In this document: positions 52,059-60,672 of the stretch, piece after piece | Numbering within the stretch: position 1 is the stretch's first letter | Layout: each line of letters begins with the position of its first letter | Origin: Chloroflexota bacterium | GTDB taxonomy: Bacteria; Chloroflexota; Dehalococcoidia; DSTF01; RBG-16-68-14 | DNA length: 64,000 bases | Assembly: GCA_003228685.1 (NCBI GenBank) | Contig: QIFC01000118.1 | Span: forward strand, 16,578-80,577 | Reading direction: 5' to 3' | Translations under genes and position numbers: made by a program | Notes under the pieces: model-generated | Told to the model about the DNA's origin: nothing | Database searches by the model: none | What the model saw: only the letters and a program-made list of their open reading frames with translations

Positions 52059-52799
52059 TTGCGCATTGTGTCCTGGAACATCCGCGCGGGGGGCGGCCGG
52101 CGCGTCGAACAGATCGCCAGCCAGCTCAGGCGCTGGCGTCTCGATGTCGTGGCGCTCTCAGAGTTCCGCGGCACGCCGCCCAGCCAGCAGCTAGCATCGC
52201 GCCTACACACCTCAGGCCTCGTGCACCAACGCAACACAGCCGACCCGGCGCACGCGACCGCTAACCGCCTTCTCCTGGCCTCTCGCTGGCCTTTGCGCCG
52301 CGTCCGCGTACGCGGACGCGGGCCGGAGGCCGGGCGCTGGCTGCTCGCGCGCGTCGACGCGCCCCAGCGCGTTGCGCTCGGGACGCTGCATGTGCCGAAC
52401 ATGGTCTCCGGCCGCAAGTACCCGTTTCTCGCGGCCGTGCTGCGGATCTCCAAGCGCTGGAGCGCCGGGCCGGCGCTCTTCGCCGGCGACACGAACAGCG
52501 GCCGCACGGGCATCGACGAGGAGTCGCCCGCGTTCACTGCGCGTGAAGAGCGCTGGATCGATGAGATGGAGCATGCTGGTTGGCCTGACGCTTTCCGCCT
52601 GCTCCACCCCAGAGCGCGAGCCTACACCTGGTACTCTCCGAACGGGGGCAACGGCTTCCGCCTAGACCAAGCATTCGTCAACCCTGGGCTACTGCCGCGC
52701 CTGAGAGGTGTCCGCTACGTCTGGGGCACGACCGCGAATGCGGAGCGGAGAGACGCGCTGAGCGATCACGCCGCCATGATCGTGGACCTGAACGACTAG
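52059..52799 (+). CDS. Endonuclease/exonuclease/phosphatase (EEP) family protein
   Basis: MRIVSWNIRAGGG...ALSEF...GDTNSG...LSDHAAMIV are EEP motifs. Confidence 0.8.
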   Translation: MRIVSWNIRAGGGRRVEQIASQLRRWRLDVVALSEFRGTPPSQQLASRLHTSGLVHQRNTADPAHATANRLLLASRWPLRRVRVRGRGPEAGRWLLARVDAPQRVALGTLHVPNMVSGRKYPFLAAVLRISKRWSAGPALFAGDTNSGRTGIDEESPAFTAREERWIDEMEHAGWPDAFRLLHPRARAYTWYSPNGGNGFRLDQAFVNPGLLPRLRGVRYVWGTTANAERRDALSDHAAMIVDLND

Positions 52800-52958
52800 G
52801 CGGTGTGGCACATCACTCGAAATAGAAACCGGAACGTACGCGGCTTCAACCAAACCATTCGTGGCCAAGGGTGGTTGAAATATCTCGCCGGATACATTAT
52901 GTTTGATTGCTGCTCGGGCGACCGGGCCTTTTGGCGAAGGAGGAGCATTTTGCCAACT

Positions 52959-53552
52959 ATGTTGGCAGTTGCCGTTGGTGTCTTTGGTCTGACCGCTACG
53001 GCGGTTGGGCTGGCCGCCGCAGTCCAACAGCTTTGGGGCGTGTATCGGAAACGAGTTCCGGCCAAGATTTCCTGGCGCAAAATCGAGCAGGGCGTTGAAG
53101 AAATCATTAGGCAACTGCGCGCGGCCAACTACGTGCCGGACGTAATCATCGCGCTGGGCCGAAGCGGCGCAATTCTTGGCGGACTGATTGCGGGCAATAT
53201 GGGCAACCTCCCCCTCGCTCTGCTTGACCGGCAGTTTTCTTGGGACGAGCGTCGTCGCGAGCATATCCAGAGCAAGTTTACGGACGTCCATATCGGACCG
53301 GAGACTCAGCGTGTACTCCTGGTGGTCGGTGAGGTGTATACGGGCCAGACGCTGATCACGTCCTTGGCGAAACTCAAGGGAGCGCTTGCCGGCAAGCAGG
53401 TCCAGACTTGCTCCCTTGTGATAAGCAGGACAGCGCCGTTTCGGGTGGACTACTCTTTCCTCACGGTAGACAAGACTGTCCGGCCAGCTTGGGTGATAGC
53501 AGATGAGTACCTGCGGTTCGAGAGCCCCTTGGACAAGACCGGGGGTGTTTAG
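52959..53552 (+). CDS. Phosphoribosyltransferase-domain protein with N-terminal TM helix
   Basis: ATG at 52959 after GGAGGAG. ...VIIALGRSGAILGG... and ...VLLVVGEVYTGQTL... (PRPP-binding loop). Lower-GC 5' region. Confidence 0.6.
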   Translation: MLAVAVGVFGLTATAVGLAAAVQQLWGVYRKRVPAKISWRKIEQGVEEIIRQLRAANYVPDVIIALGRSGAILGGLIAGNMGNLPLALLDRQFSWDERRREHIQSKFTDVHIGPETQRVLLVVGEVYTGQTLITSLAKLKGALAGKQVQTCSLVISRTAPFRVDYSFLTVDKTVRPAWVIADEYLRFESPLDKTGGV

Positions 53553-54748
53553 GCGCTGCGGCGTTCGCGCAGGAGCGGAACGACCCGGTCGAGGATGCGG
53601 TGTGCCACTTCGTACTTGGGCAGCAGCGGAATTTGTTCGATCTCTCCGTCCGTGTCGATAATCGATACCTGGTTGGTGTCGGTCCCGAAGCCCACGCCCG
53701 GCAGCGTGACATCGTTCGCGGCGATCAGGTCCAGGTTCTTCGCCTGCAGCTTCATCTTCGCGTTCGCGAGCAGGTCGCCCGTTTCCGCGGCGAAGCCGAC
53801 CTTGACCAGCTTCCCTTCGATCTCGAGCAGGAAGTCATCGTTCTTCACCAACTCCAACGCCTTGCTCTGCGGCCCCTTCTTGACCTTCTCGCCCGCGCGC
53901 TGCGCCGGACGGTAGTCCGACACGGCGGCAGCCATAATCAGGGCGCTAGCGTCCTCACAGGCCTTGAGCACCGCTTCTCGCATGTCAGCCACGGTCTCCA
54001 CGCGCACCAGCTCGACGCCGTAGGGGCAGGGCAGCGCCGTCACCGTGGAGACGAGCGTCACATCGGCGCCGCGGTCGCGCGCGGCCTCCGCGAGCGCGTA
54101 CCCCATCTTGCCCGACGAGTAGTTGCTGATGAAGCGCACCGGGTCGATCGGCTCGCGGGTGCCGCCGGCGGAGATGATGACGCGCTCGCCGGCCAGGTCT
54201 CCCGTGCGGCCAATCGCCTGCTTGATCGCGCCCACCAGTGCGTCGGTCTCCACCAGACGCCCCAGGCCCATGCGGCCTGTCGCCAGCCGCCCTTCGGCAG
54301 GCCCCACGATGGTGAAGCCACGCTCCCGCAGCGTCTCAATGTTTGCTTGCGTGGCGGCGTCCTCATACATCTGGTTGTCCATCGCCGGCGCGATCAGCCG
54401 CGGCGCCTCGGTCGCCAGCATGGTGAGCGAAACGACATCGTCCGCGAGTCCCTGAGCGAGCCGCGCGATCGTCGTCGCGCTCGCGGGCGCTACGATCGCG
54501 ACATCCGCCCGCCTGGCAATCTCTACGTGCTCCTCGGCCATCTTGGAATCAGCATCGAACATGTCGAGGAACACGGGCCGGCCGGTCAGGCTGCGGAGCG
54601 TAAGCGGTGTGATGAACCGCGTCGCGCTGGCCGTCATCAGCACGTCGACGAGCGCGCCGCCTTGCGTCAGCTTGCTAGCGAGATCCGCGGCTTTGTATGC
54701 GGCAATGCTGCCCGTGATGCCGAGTGCGACGTGACGGTCCGTAAGCAT
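53549..54748 (-). CDS. coaBC: Bifunctional phosphopantothenoylcysteine decarboxylase / phosphopantothenate-cysteine ligase
   Basis: 399 aa. ...VALGITGSIAAYKAADLASKL... (flavoprotein) and ...ISNYSSGKMGYALAEAA... (CoaB). Confidence 0.93.
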   Translation of the reverse strand: MLTDRHVALGITGSIAAYKAADLASKLTQGGALVDVLMTASATRFITPLTLRSLTGRPVFLDMFDADSKMAEEHVEIARRADVAIVAPASATTIARLAQGLADDVVSLTMLATEAPRLIAPAMDNQMYEDAATQANIETLRERGFTIVGPAEGRLATGRMGLGRLVETDALVGAIKQAIGRTGDLAGERVIISAGGTREPIDPVRFISNYSSGKMGYALAEAARDRGADVTLVSTVTALPCPYGVELVRVETVADMREAVLKACEDASALIMAAAVSDYRPAQRAGEKVKKGPQSKALELVKNDDFLLEIEGKLVKVGFAAETGDLLANAKMKLQAKNLDLIAANDVTLPGVGFGTDTNQVSIIDTDGEIEQIPLLPKYEVAHRILDRVVPLLRERRSA

Positions 54749-54750
54749 GG

Positions 54751-55521
54751 CTACTCCCTGTTGGCCTCGTAGATCAGGCGCACCCCGTGGAGCGTCAGGT
54801 CCGGATCCACCTCATCGAACACGTCCGTCTCCCGCGCAATCATCTCCGCCCAGCCGCCTGTCCCAATCACGGTCGCGGCGCCGCCCAACTCCTCCTTGAA
54901 CCGGGCGACCATCCCCTCGATCAGGCCGATGTAGCCGAAAAGAAGCCCGGACTGGAGCGCGTTGACCGTGTTCTTACCGATCGCGCTTGGAGGCCTCGTG
55001 AGCTCAACCGGGTACAGCTTGGCGGCGCGCTCCGTCAGCGCTTCCGCCGCGATGTGGATCCCGGGCGCCAGCGCGCCGCCCAAGTAGTCGCCCTCTTTCG
55101 AGACAGCATCGAACACAAGCGCGGTGCCGAGATCGACGATAATCAGCGGTGGAGGCCCGTAGCGTTGGACGGCGGCGACCACATCCGCAATCCGGTCCGC
55201 GCCCACGTCTCTGGGGCTGTCGTAGAGAATGCGGACGCCGGTGCGCGTGCCTGTGCCGACGACGAGTGGGGAGACCTTCAGGTGCTCTTGGAACAGCGTT
55301 TCGAAGACCGGCACCAGGTCCGGCACCACGCTGACCAACGCGGCGTCATCAACCTCGCCGACCTCGATCCCGCGGACATTCAGCAGGCCCATCAGGATGA
55401 CCGCGTACTCGTCAGCCAGCCGTTCGTGGTCTGTGGCGATGCGCCAGGTAGCGCGCAACTCGTCGCCCTCAAAGAGACCGATCGTGATCGTTGTGTTGCC
55501 AACATCGATCACTAACAGCAT
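54751..55521 (-). CDS. coaX: Type III pantothenate kinase
   Basis: MLLVIDVGNTTITIGLF... and ...IIVDLGTA... match CoaX. Confidence 0.9.
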   Translation of the reverse strand: MLLVIDVGNTTITIGLFEGDELRATWRIATDHERLADEYAVILMGLLNVRGIEVGEVDDAALVSVVPDLVPVFETLFQEHLKVSPLVVGTGTRTGVRILYDSPRDVGADRIADVVAAVQRYGPPPLIIVDLGTALVFDAVSKEGDYLGGALAPGIHIAAEALTERAAKLYPVELTRPPSAIGKNTVNALQSGLLFGYIGLIEGMVARFKEELGGAATVIGTGGWAEMIARETDVFDEVDPDLTLHGVRLIYEANRE

Positions 55522-55536
55522 GCGCGGCCGGCCAGT

Positions 55537-55545
55537 TTATCCACA
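55537..55545 (+). promoter_or_regulatory. Perfect DnaA box TTATCCACA
   Basis: An exact 9-mer in the coaX-dnaA intergenic region. Weaker 2-mismatch copies lie at about 55655 (TGATCCCCA) and about 55769 (TTTTTCACA). Confidence 0.5.
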
Positions 55546-55744
55546 GCGAACTCAATTATAGGCGGCGCCCCGCGGGCGCTGCAACCGGGCTCATGTCGTT
55601 TAGGGAAGGCCAACTTTATTTTCGCGATTTCAGGCGAAGTCGTCATAAAAGGCTTGATCCCCACACTGTGTATCGTGCTATATTCACCTTCGCCTGGGGG
55701 CTTCTTGCGGAAGAGATAGGGGCGCACGAAACGCCGCTCCGCGA

Positions 55745-55773
55745 GCCCCAGCGGACAACCGCCGGGGCTTTTT
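55745..55773 (+). terminator. Orphan intrinsic terminator-like hairpin upstream of dnaA
   Basis: GCCCCAGCGG-ACAA-CCGCCGGGGC (9 of 10 bp paired) followed by TTTTT. There is no plus-strand gene upstream. Confidence 0.45.
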
Positions 55774-55902
55774 CACAGAGGCCCCGGGCACGTTCAATCT
55801 ACACTAGCGTGCAGTAGACGCATGCCTGACATAAGTCGGGGTGGCTTTTAGCACCCTCGGTTTCCGCCGACAAAGCATGCCTGCTGCTTGAGGAGACACC
55901 AG

Positions 55903-57240
55903 GTGCCGGACCGCACACCGCAAGCTCTCTGGGAGGCCGCTCTGGGCCAGCTGGAGCTTCAGGTCACCAGGCCCAACTTCGATACATGGCTCCGCGACAC
56001 GGTCGGCATTCGCGTCGACGAAGGCCAGTTTGTCGTCGGCGTGCCGTCGGACTTCGCCGTCGAGTGGCTGCGTTCTCGGATGAACGTCGTCATCGGCAAG
56101 ACCGTCTCACAGCTCCTGGGCGACCCTGTGTCCATCCAATTTCAAGTACTTGGTGCACCAGAGATACCGGCCACGCCAGCGGAGAGCGACCGCGCGCCGC
56201 TTCGGGCCACGCGACCGCCCGCCGACCTCGACCCCCACCTTACGTTCGAGTCGTTCACGGTTACCGACGGCAACCGGCTGGCGTACCGAGCAGCCACCAA
56301 GATCGCTGAGCGCGCGGCGACCTACAATCCGCTCGTTCTTTACGGCGCTCCCGGACTGGGCAAGACGCACTTGCTGCATGCCATCGGCCACCGCGCCGCA
56401 AAGGCCGGACGCAGAGTCCTCGCACTCACGGCCGAAGCGTTCGTTGACCGTTACGGGAGGGCCGTGCGCACGGGCAAGCCACACACCTTCCGGGACCCGT
56501 TTCGCCAGTGCGATCTGCTGCTGTTAGACGACCTCCGCTTCCTTGCAACCAGGTCCGCTTCGCAGGAGCAGTTCTTCCACATTTTCAACGGCCTCCACTC
56601 CAGCGGCGGACTGCTCGTCCTCACCGTGGACGCAAACCTGGATTCTCTCCCCGGCCTTTCGGAGCGCCTGCTGTCTAGGTTGGGCGCCGGCCTTGCACTC
56701 GAACTCGAAGCGCTCTCGGCAGAAGACCGCCGTAGCATCCTTGGGGCCAAGGCGGCCAAGCTCGACAACGCGCTGCCGCAGACCATCATCGACGTCATCG
56801 CGAAGCAGCCCTACGAAACCGTCCGCGACCTAGAGGGAGCGCTGAACCGCGCGACCGCGTTCGCGGACCTCTCTGAGAACGCCCTCTCCCCCGGCGCGGC
56901 ACTTAAGGCGCTGTACCCGCTTTCTCCTACATCCGACCTTGAACTATCGTCCGCCGCGGTTCTTGAGGCCGTCTGTCGCCAGTTCACCGTATCGCTCTCC
57001 CAAATCAAGGGATCATCCCGGGCACGCGATATCACATACGCTCGCCACATCGCGATGTACCTCCTGCGCCAGCATGGCTCGCGGTCACTCGTCGAAGTCG
57101 GCCAGCTCTTGGGCGGCCGCGACCATTCCACCGTGCTCCATGCCTGCCGCCGCATAACGAAGGAGCACAAGGCCCTACCGCAGACCCGAGCCGATGTCGA
57201 GCAGCTCATCGCCACACTCAAGACGTCCTCTGCCGCCTAG
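55903..57240 (+). CDS. dnaA: Chromosomal replication initiator protein DnaA
   Basis: GTG at 55903, 8 nt after GAGGAG (an in-frame TTG at 55888 is an alternative). ...LWEAALGQLELQVTRPNFDTWL..., Walker A GAPGLGKTHLL, and C-terminal ...ITYARHIAMYLLR...GGRDHSTVLHA. Confidence 0.93.
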   Translation: MPDRTPQALWEAALGQLELQVTRPNFDTWLRDTVGIRVDEGQFVVGVPSDFAVEWLRSRMNVVIGKTVSQLLGDPVSIQFQVLGAPEIPATPAESDRAPLRATRPPADLDPHLTFESFTVTDGNRLAYRAATKIAERAATYNPLVLYGAPGLGKTHLLHAIGHRAAKAGRRVLALTAEAFVDRYGRAVRTGKPHTFRDPFRQCDLLLLDDLRFLATRSASQEQFFHIFNGLHSSGGLLVLTVDANLDSLPGLSERLLSRLGAGLALELEALSAEDRRSILGAKAAKLDNALPQTIIDVIAKQPYETVRDLEGALNRATAFADLSENALSPGAALKALYPLSPTSDLELSSAAVLEAVCRQFTVSLSQIKGSSRARDITYARHIAMYLLRQHGSRSLVEVGQLLGGRDHSTVLHACRRITKEHKALPQTRADVEQLIATLKTSSAA

Positions 57241-57294
57241 CGGCACAATTTCTTTCCCTTTTTTCTCCCCAGTATCAACACACATCACAGACTG

Positions 57295-58581
57295 ATGAGT
57301 ATGATTAAGTCTGATCTAAATATGCTGGATGAAGTTTCTCTTATTGTCATCGCGGGCAACGGCGGCAACGGCGTTGTGAGTTTCCGCAGGGAACGCTTTG
57401 TCCCGAAGGGTGGGCCCGACGGCGGTGACGGTGGCAACGGCGGAAGCGTGTGGGTGCAGGCGACAACGGGCGTGCTCGTGCTCGATGACCTGCGTCGAAA
57501 ACGAACGGCGCGAGCAAAGAACGGCGTACCCGGTGGAAAGCAGAAGCGTCATGGGAAGAACGCGCAGGACATCGTGTTGGAGGTACCCGTGGGTACGATC
57601 ATCTGGGGTGACGGGGGTAGCCAGGCCGCGGACCTGAACGTAGCAGGCATGAGAAGGCGGGTCGTGAAGGGTGGCGCCGGAGGTAAAGGAAACGCTAGGT
57701 TCGCGACACCGACAAGAAAGGCGCCGCGTTTTGCCGAGCGTGGTCTGCCCGGGGAGACGAAACAACTACGGCTGGAGTTGCGACTTCTCGCGGAGGTAGG
57801 ACTAGTGGGGCTGCCAAATGCGGGGAAGTCGTCTCTGCTGCGGGCGATCTCGAAGGCGCGCCCGAAAGTTGGTGCATATCCATTCACAACGCTAGAGCCA
57901 AGCTTAGGCATAGCGGAATTGAACTACGAAACGATCGTGGTCGCGGACGTGCCGGGGCTAATTGAGGGCGCTCATGGGGGGGCCGGGCTAGGCACGCAAT
58001 TCCTCCAACACATCCGTAGAACAACAACACTCCTGCACGTTGTGGATATCTCCAGCGACGACCCAATCCGCGATATCGAGAGGGTGCGTAGCGAGCTAGA
58101 GGAGTTTGGCGAGGGCCTTATCGATAAGCGGTGGCTGGTGGCGCTGAACAAGATCGATCTTGAAGGGACCCAGGAGAGGTGTGCTGAAGTTGAGGCGGAG
58201 TTGGGGCGGCGGGGCCTCGAGACGTTCCCGATATCTGCGCTTGGTGGTGAGGGCGTGGATCAGCTGGTCAACGCCCTCTTTCGCGTCGTCGTGGAAGAGC
58301 GCGAGGCTGCGGCCGGCGAGAAGGCGGAGGACATCCCACCGCTCGTGCCTGTGGTGGTCGAACAGGCGATCCAGATCCGGAAACTGCGTGGGACATTCGT
58401 CGTCAGTGGCAAGCGGCCGGAGGAAGCCACGCTGCGTCTTGGTGTAGAATCGGAAGAGGTACGCGCGGAACTTGCCAGGAGGCTCGCAAGAATGGGCGTC
58501 AAGAGTGCGTTGAGGAAGGCCGGCATTGCGGACGGTGATAAGGTGCGCATTGCGGGCGAGGAGTTGCGGTGGCCGCTATGA
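57295..58581 (+). CDS. obg: GTPase Obg/CgtA
   Basis: ...IAGNGGNGVVSFRRERFVPKGGPDGGDGGNGGSV... (Obg fold) and G domain GLPNAGKSSLL...DVPGLIEGA...NKID. By homology the true start is probably ATG 57322. Confidence 0.92.
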   Translation: MSMIKSDLNMLDEVSLIVIAGNGGNGVVSFRRERFVPKGGPDGGDGGNGGSVWVQATTGVLVLDDLRRKRTARAKNGVPGGKQKRHGKNAQDIVLEVPVGTIIWGDGGSQAADLNVAGMRRRVVKGGAGGKGNARFATPTRKAPRFAERGLPGETKQLRLELRLLAEVGLVGLPNAGKSSLLRAISKARPKVGAYPFTTLEPSLGIAELNYETIVVADVPGLIEGAHGGAGLGTQFLQHIRRTTTLLHVVDISSDDPIRDIERVRSELEEFGEGLIDKRWLVALNKIDLEGTQERCAEVEAELGRRGLETFPISALGGEGVDQLVNALFRVVVEEREAAAGEKAEDIPPLVPVVVEQAIQIRKLRGTFVVSGKRPEEATLRLGVESEEVRAELARRLARMGVKSALRKAGIADGDKVRIAGEELRWPL

Positions 58582-59177
58582 AGCGTGGAATCCTTGGTGG
58601 CACGTTCGACCCCGTCCACAGGGCGCATGTGGAGTTGGCTGAATGCGCGCTGGAGCAGCTTGCTCTCGATGGCGTCGTGTGGATACCGGCCGGAGATCCG
58701 TGGAGAAAGAAAGGCCGTACGATCGCGGCTGCCGAGGATCGCCTCGCGATGGTGCGGCTGACTGTGGCGAATGAGCCGAGGTGGTCGGTGAGCACAGTCG
58801 AGTTGGAGCGGAAGGGCCCGACCTACACCGTGGATACGCTGGAGGAGTTGCGCGAGCAGTATGAAGACGACAGCTTTACACTCGTGCTTGGCCAGGACGC
58901 GCTAGAGGACCTGCCGAACTGGCACGAGCCGGAGCGATTGATCCGGCTCGCAGAGTTAGCCGTTGCCGAGCGCGGCGAAGGGAAGCAGACTAACCCCGAA
59001 CTGGAAGCGATCCTCCCGGGTCTGAGCAAGCGGGTCACCTGGCTGGACATGCCTCAACTGCCCTTCAGCGCGACGCAGGTCCGAACGCTGGCATCGAAAG
59101 GCACGCCACTAGTAGGGTTCGTGCCGCCTGGCGTGGAAGCCTACATCCGCGAACATCGCCTCTACGGGGCGCGCTAA
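58578..59177 (+). CDS. nadD: Nicotinate-nucleotide adenylyltransferase
   Basis: MKRGILGGTFDPVHRAH... is the (T/H)xGH motif. Its ATG overlaps the obg TGA (ATGA). Confidence 0.9.
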   Translation: MKRGILGGTFDPVHRAHVELAECALEQLALDGVVWIPAGDPWRKKGRTIAAAEDRLAMVRLTVANEPRWSVSTVELERKGPTYTVDTLEELREQYEDDSFTLVLGQDALEDLPNWHEPERLIRLAELAVAERGEGKQTNPELEAILPGLSKRVTWLDMPQLPFSATQVRTLASKGTPLVGFVPPGVEAYIREHRLYGAR

Positions 59178-59196
59178 CCGCCACGCGGCGGTTTTT
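59176..59196 (+). terminator. Intrinsic terminator after nadD
   Basis: AACCGCC-ACGC-GGCGGTT followed by TTT, immediately after the nadD stop. Confidence 0.6.
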
Positions 59197-59256
59197 CGAC
59201 TAGGCGGCAGGTGCTATCCTTGAACTTGCCCGGAGTTCGTTCACGCCACAGGGAGG

Positions 59257-60009
59257 ATGAAACTGCGATTCGTCGCACTGATTGTGCTCGCCGCCATGGT
59301 CGTTGGGGTGGTCGTTACTGCTGCCTTTGGCAGCGACGACCCCGGGCCCTCTGGCGTGAAGGTCGAATGGATCCCCAACGCCGCCGGAAGCGCGACCGCC
59401 ACCGCGACGAATTCGCCCGCTGATACTCCGGAACCGAGACCTCAGATAGACGTCACCGGCCTCGTGTTCCCGATCGAAGATGGCTGCCTCCCTGAGGATG
59501 ACAACCTGATGCCCGGCGCGCCGCGAGAATACCGGGATGGCACACATGAGGGTGTTGATATCTACGATTCAGACAACTGCGCGTTCGTTGGATGGAACAC
59601 GGAGGTGCTATCCGCGAAGGCGGGCACCGTGGTCAGGGCTGACTGGGAATATGAGGAGCTAACTCAGGTAACGCTAGCGGAGCTTGAGGCGATCATCGAA
59701 GAGAGCGGACCCTCGCCCACGGTAGAGGACACGTTCCGGGGCCGGCAGGTGTGGATAGAACACGCAGACGGGACCCTGACGAGATACGCGCACCTGGAGG
59801 ACATCGCGGAGGATGTGGACATAGGGTTAGAAGTTGCTCAAGGCGAGCTCATCGCCTATGTGGGCGAATCGGGGACGCCGGAGTCCGTGACGAACCCGGG
59901 CACGCAGGTGCACCTGCATTTCGAGATTCGAATCGGCGAAAGCTACCTCGGCGCCGGTCTCGATGCGGATGTGTCACGTGCCCTCTATCAGGCGGCGTTC
60001 TCGCCGTAG
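59257..60009 (+). CDS. M23 family metallopeptidase
   Basis: RBS AGGGAGG. N-terminal TM helix. ...HEGVDI... and ...VHLHFEIR... are M23 zinc motifs. Confidence 0.8.
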   Translation: MKLRFVALIVLAAMVVGVVVTAAFGSDDPGPSGVKVEWIPNAAGSATATATNSPADTPEPRPQIDVTGLVFPIEDGCLPEDDNLMPGAPREYRDGTHEGVDIYDSDNCAFVGWNTEVLSAKAGTVVRADWEYEELTQVTLAELEAIIEESGPSPTVEDTFRGRQVWIEHADGTLTRYAHLEDIAEDVDIGLEVAQGELIAYVGESGTPESVTNPGTQVHLHFEIRIGESYLGAGLDADVSRALYQAAFSP

Positions 60010-60012
60010 CGA

Positions 60013-60672
60013 ATGGACAACATGGAAGAAACCAACGGCGACGCGCCGGATGCGCGGTCGCGCTGGATCGGCGCGGCGCAGGGCCTCATCCTGCCGTTGG
60101 GCCTGCTCGCCGTGATCCTAGGTGGTTTGTGGTACTGGGACTCGCGTGGAGAGGGCGGCAGCGGGCCGAACAACGCCTACGGCGTCGTCGAACTGCCTGA
60201 GGCCAAGAACGCCACGGGCCGTTCACCCGCGCCTGAGGCCGGACGCGCCGGGCCGGACTTCTTGCTGGAGCGGCCGGAGGGCGGAACGCTCCGGCTGAGC
60301 GACATCCAAGGACAGCCGGTCGTCCTCAATTTCTGGGCCACGTGGTGCCCCCCTTGCCGCGCGGAGATGCCGGAGCTGGTGGCGGCGTATACGCGGTATC
60401 GTGGTCAAGGCCTCGAGATCGTGGGCGTGAACCTCCAGGAGACGAACGACCAAGTGCTCGATTTTGCGGAGGAGTTTGGCATCGAGTTCCCGCTGGTGAT
60501 CGACCGCGACGGCGAGTTGACCGGCGTCTGGCGCCTGGGTGGCCCTATCGACGGCATCCCAACGAGCTATTTTATCGATGAGGCTGGCGTGCTCCAGGAC
60601 ATTACCTATGGGCCGCTGACCGATGGAATGCTTACTGCGCGGATTGGGCCGCTCGTGGCAGGCACGGACTGA
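60013..60672 (+). CDS. TlpA/ResA-type thiol:disulfide oxidoreductase
   Basis: ...VVLNFWATWCPPCRAEMPEL... is a thioredoxin-fold CxxC motif. Membrane anchor present. Confidence 0.85.
   Translation: MDNMEETNGDAPDARSRWIGAAQGLILPLGLLAVILGGLWYWDSRGEGGSGPNNAYGVVELPEAKNATGRSPAPEAGRAGPDFLLERPEGGTLRLSDIQGQPVVLNFWATWCPPCRAEMPELVAAYTRYRGQGLEIVGVNLQETNDQVLDFAEEFGIEFPLVIDRDGELTGVWRLGGPIDGIPTSYFIDEAGVLQDITYGPLTDGMLTARIGPLVAGTD

Noticed and set aside
51251-52537. 428-aa minus-strand ORF
   Set aside because: It is antisense to the MFS transporter and EEP genes. Its composition is Arg/Glu/Asp-biased with no recognisable domain.
53600-54772. 390-aa plus-strand ORF
   Set aside because: It is fully antisense to coaBC, which has unambiguous family motifs.
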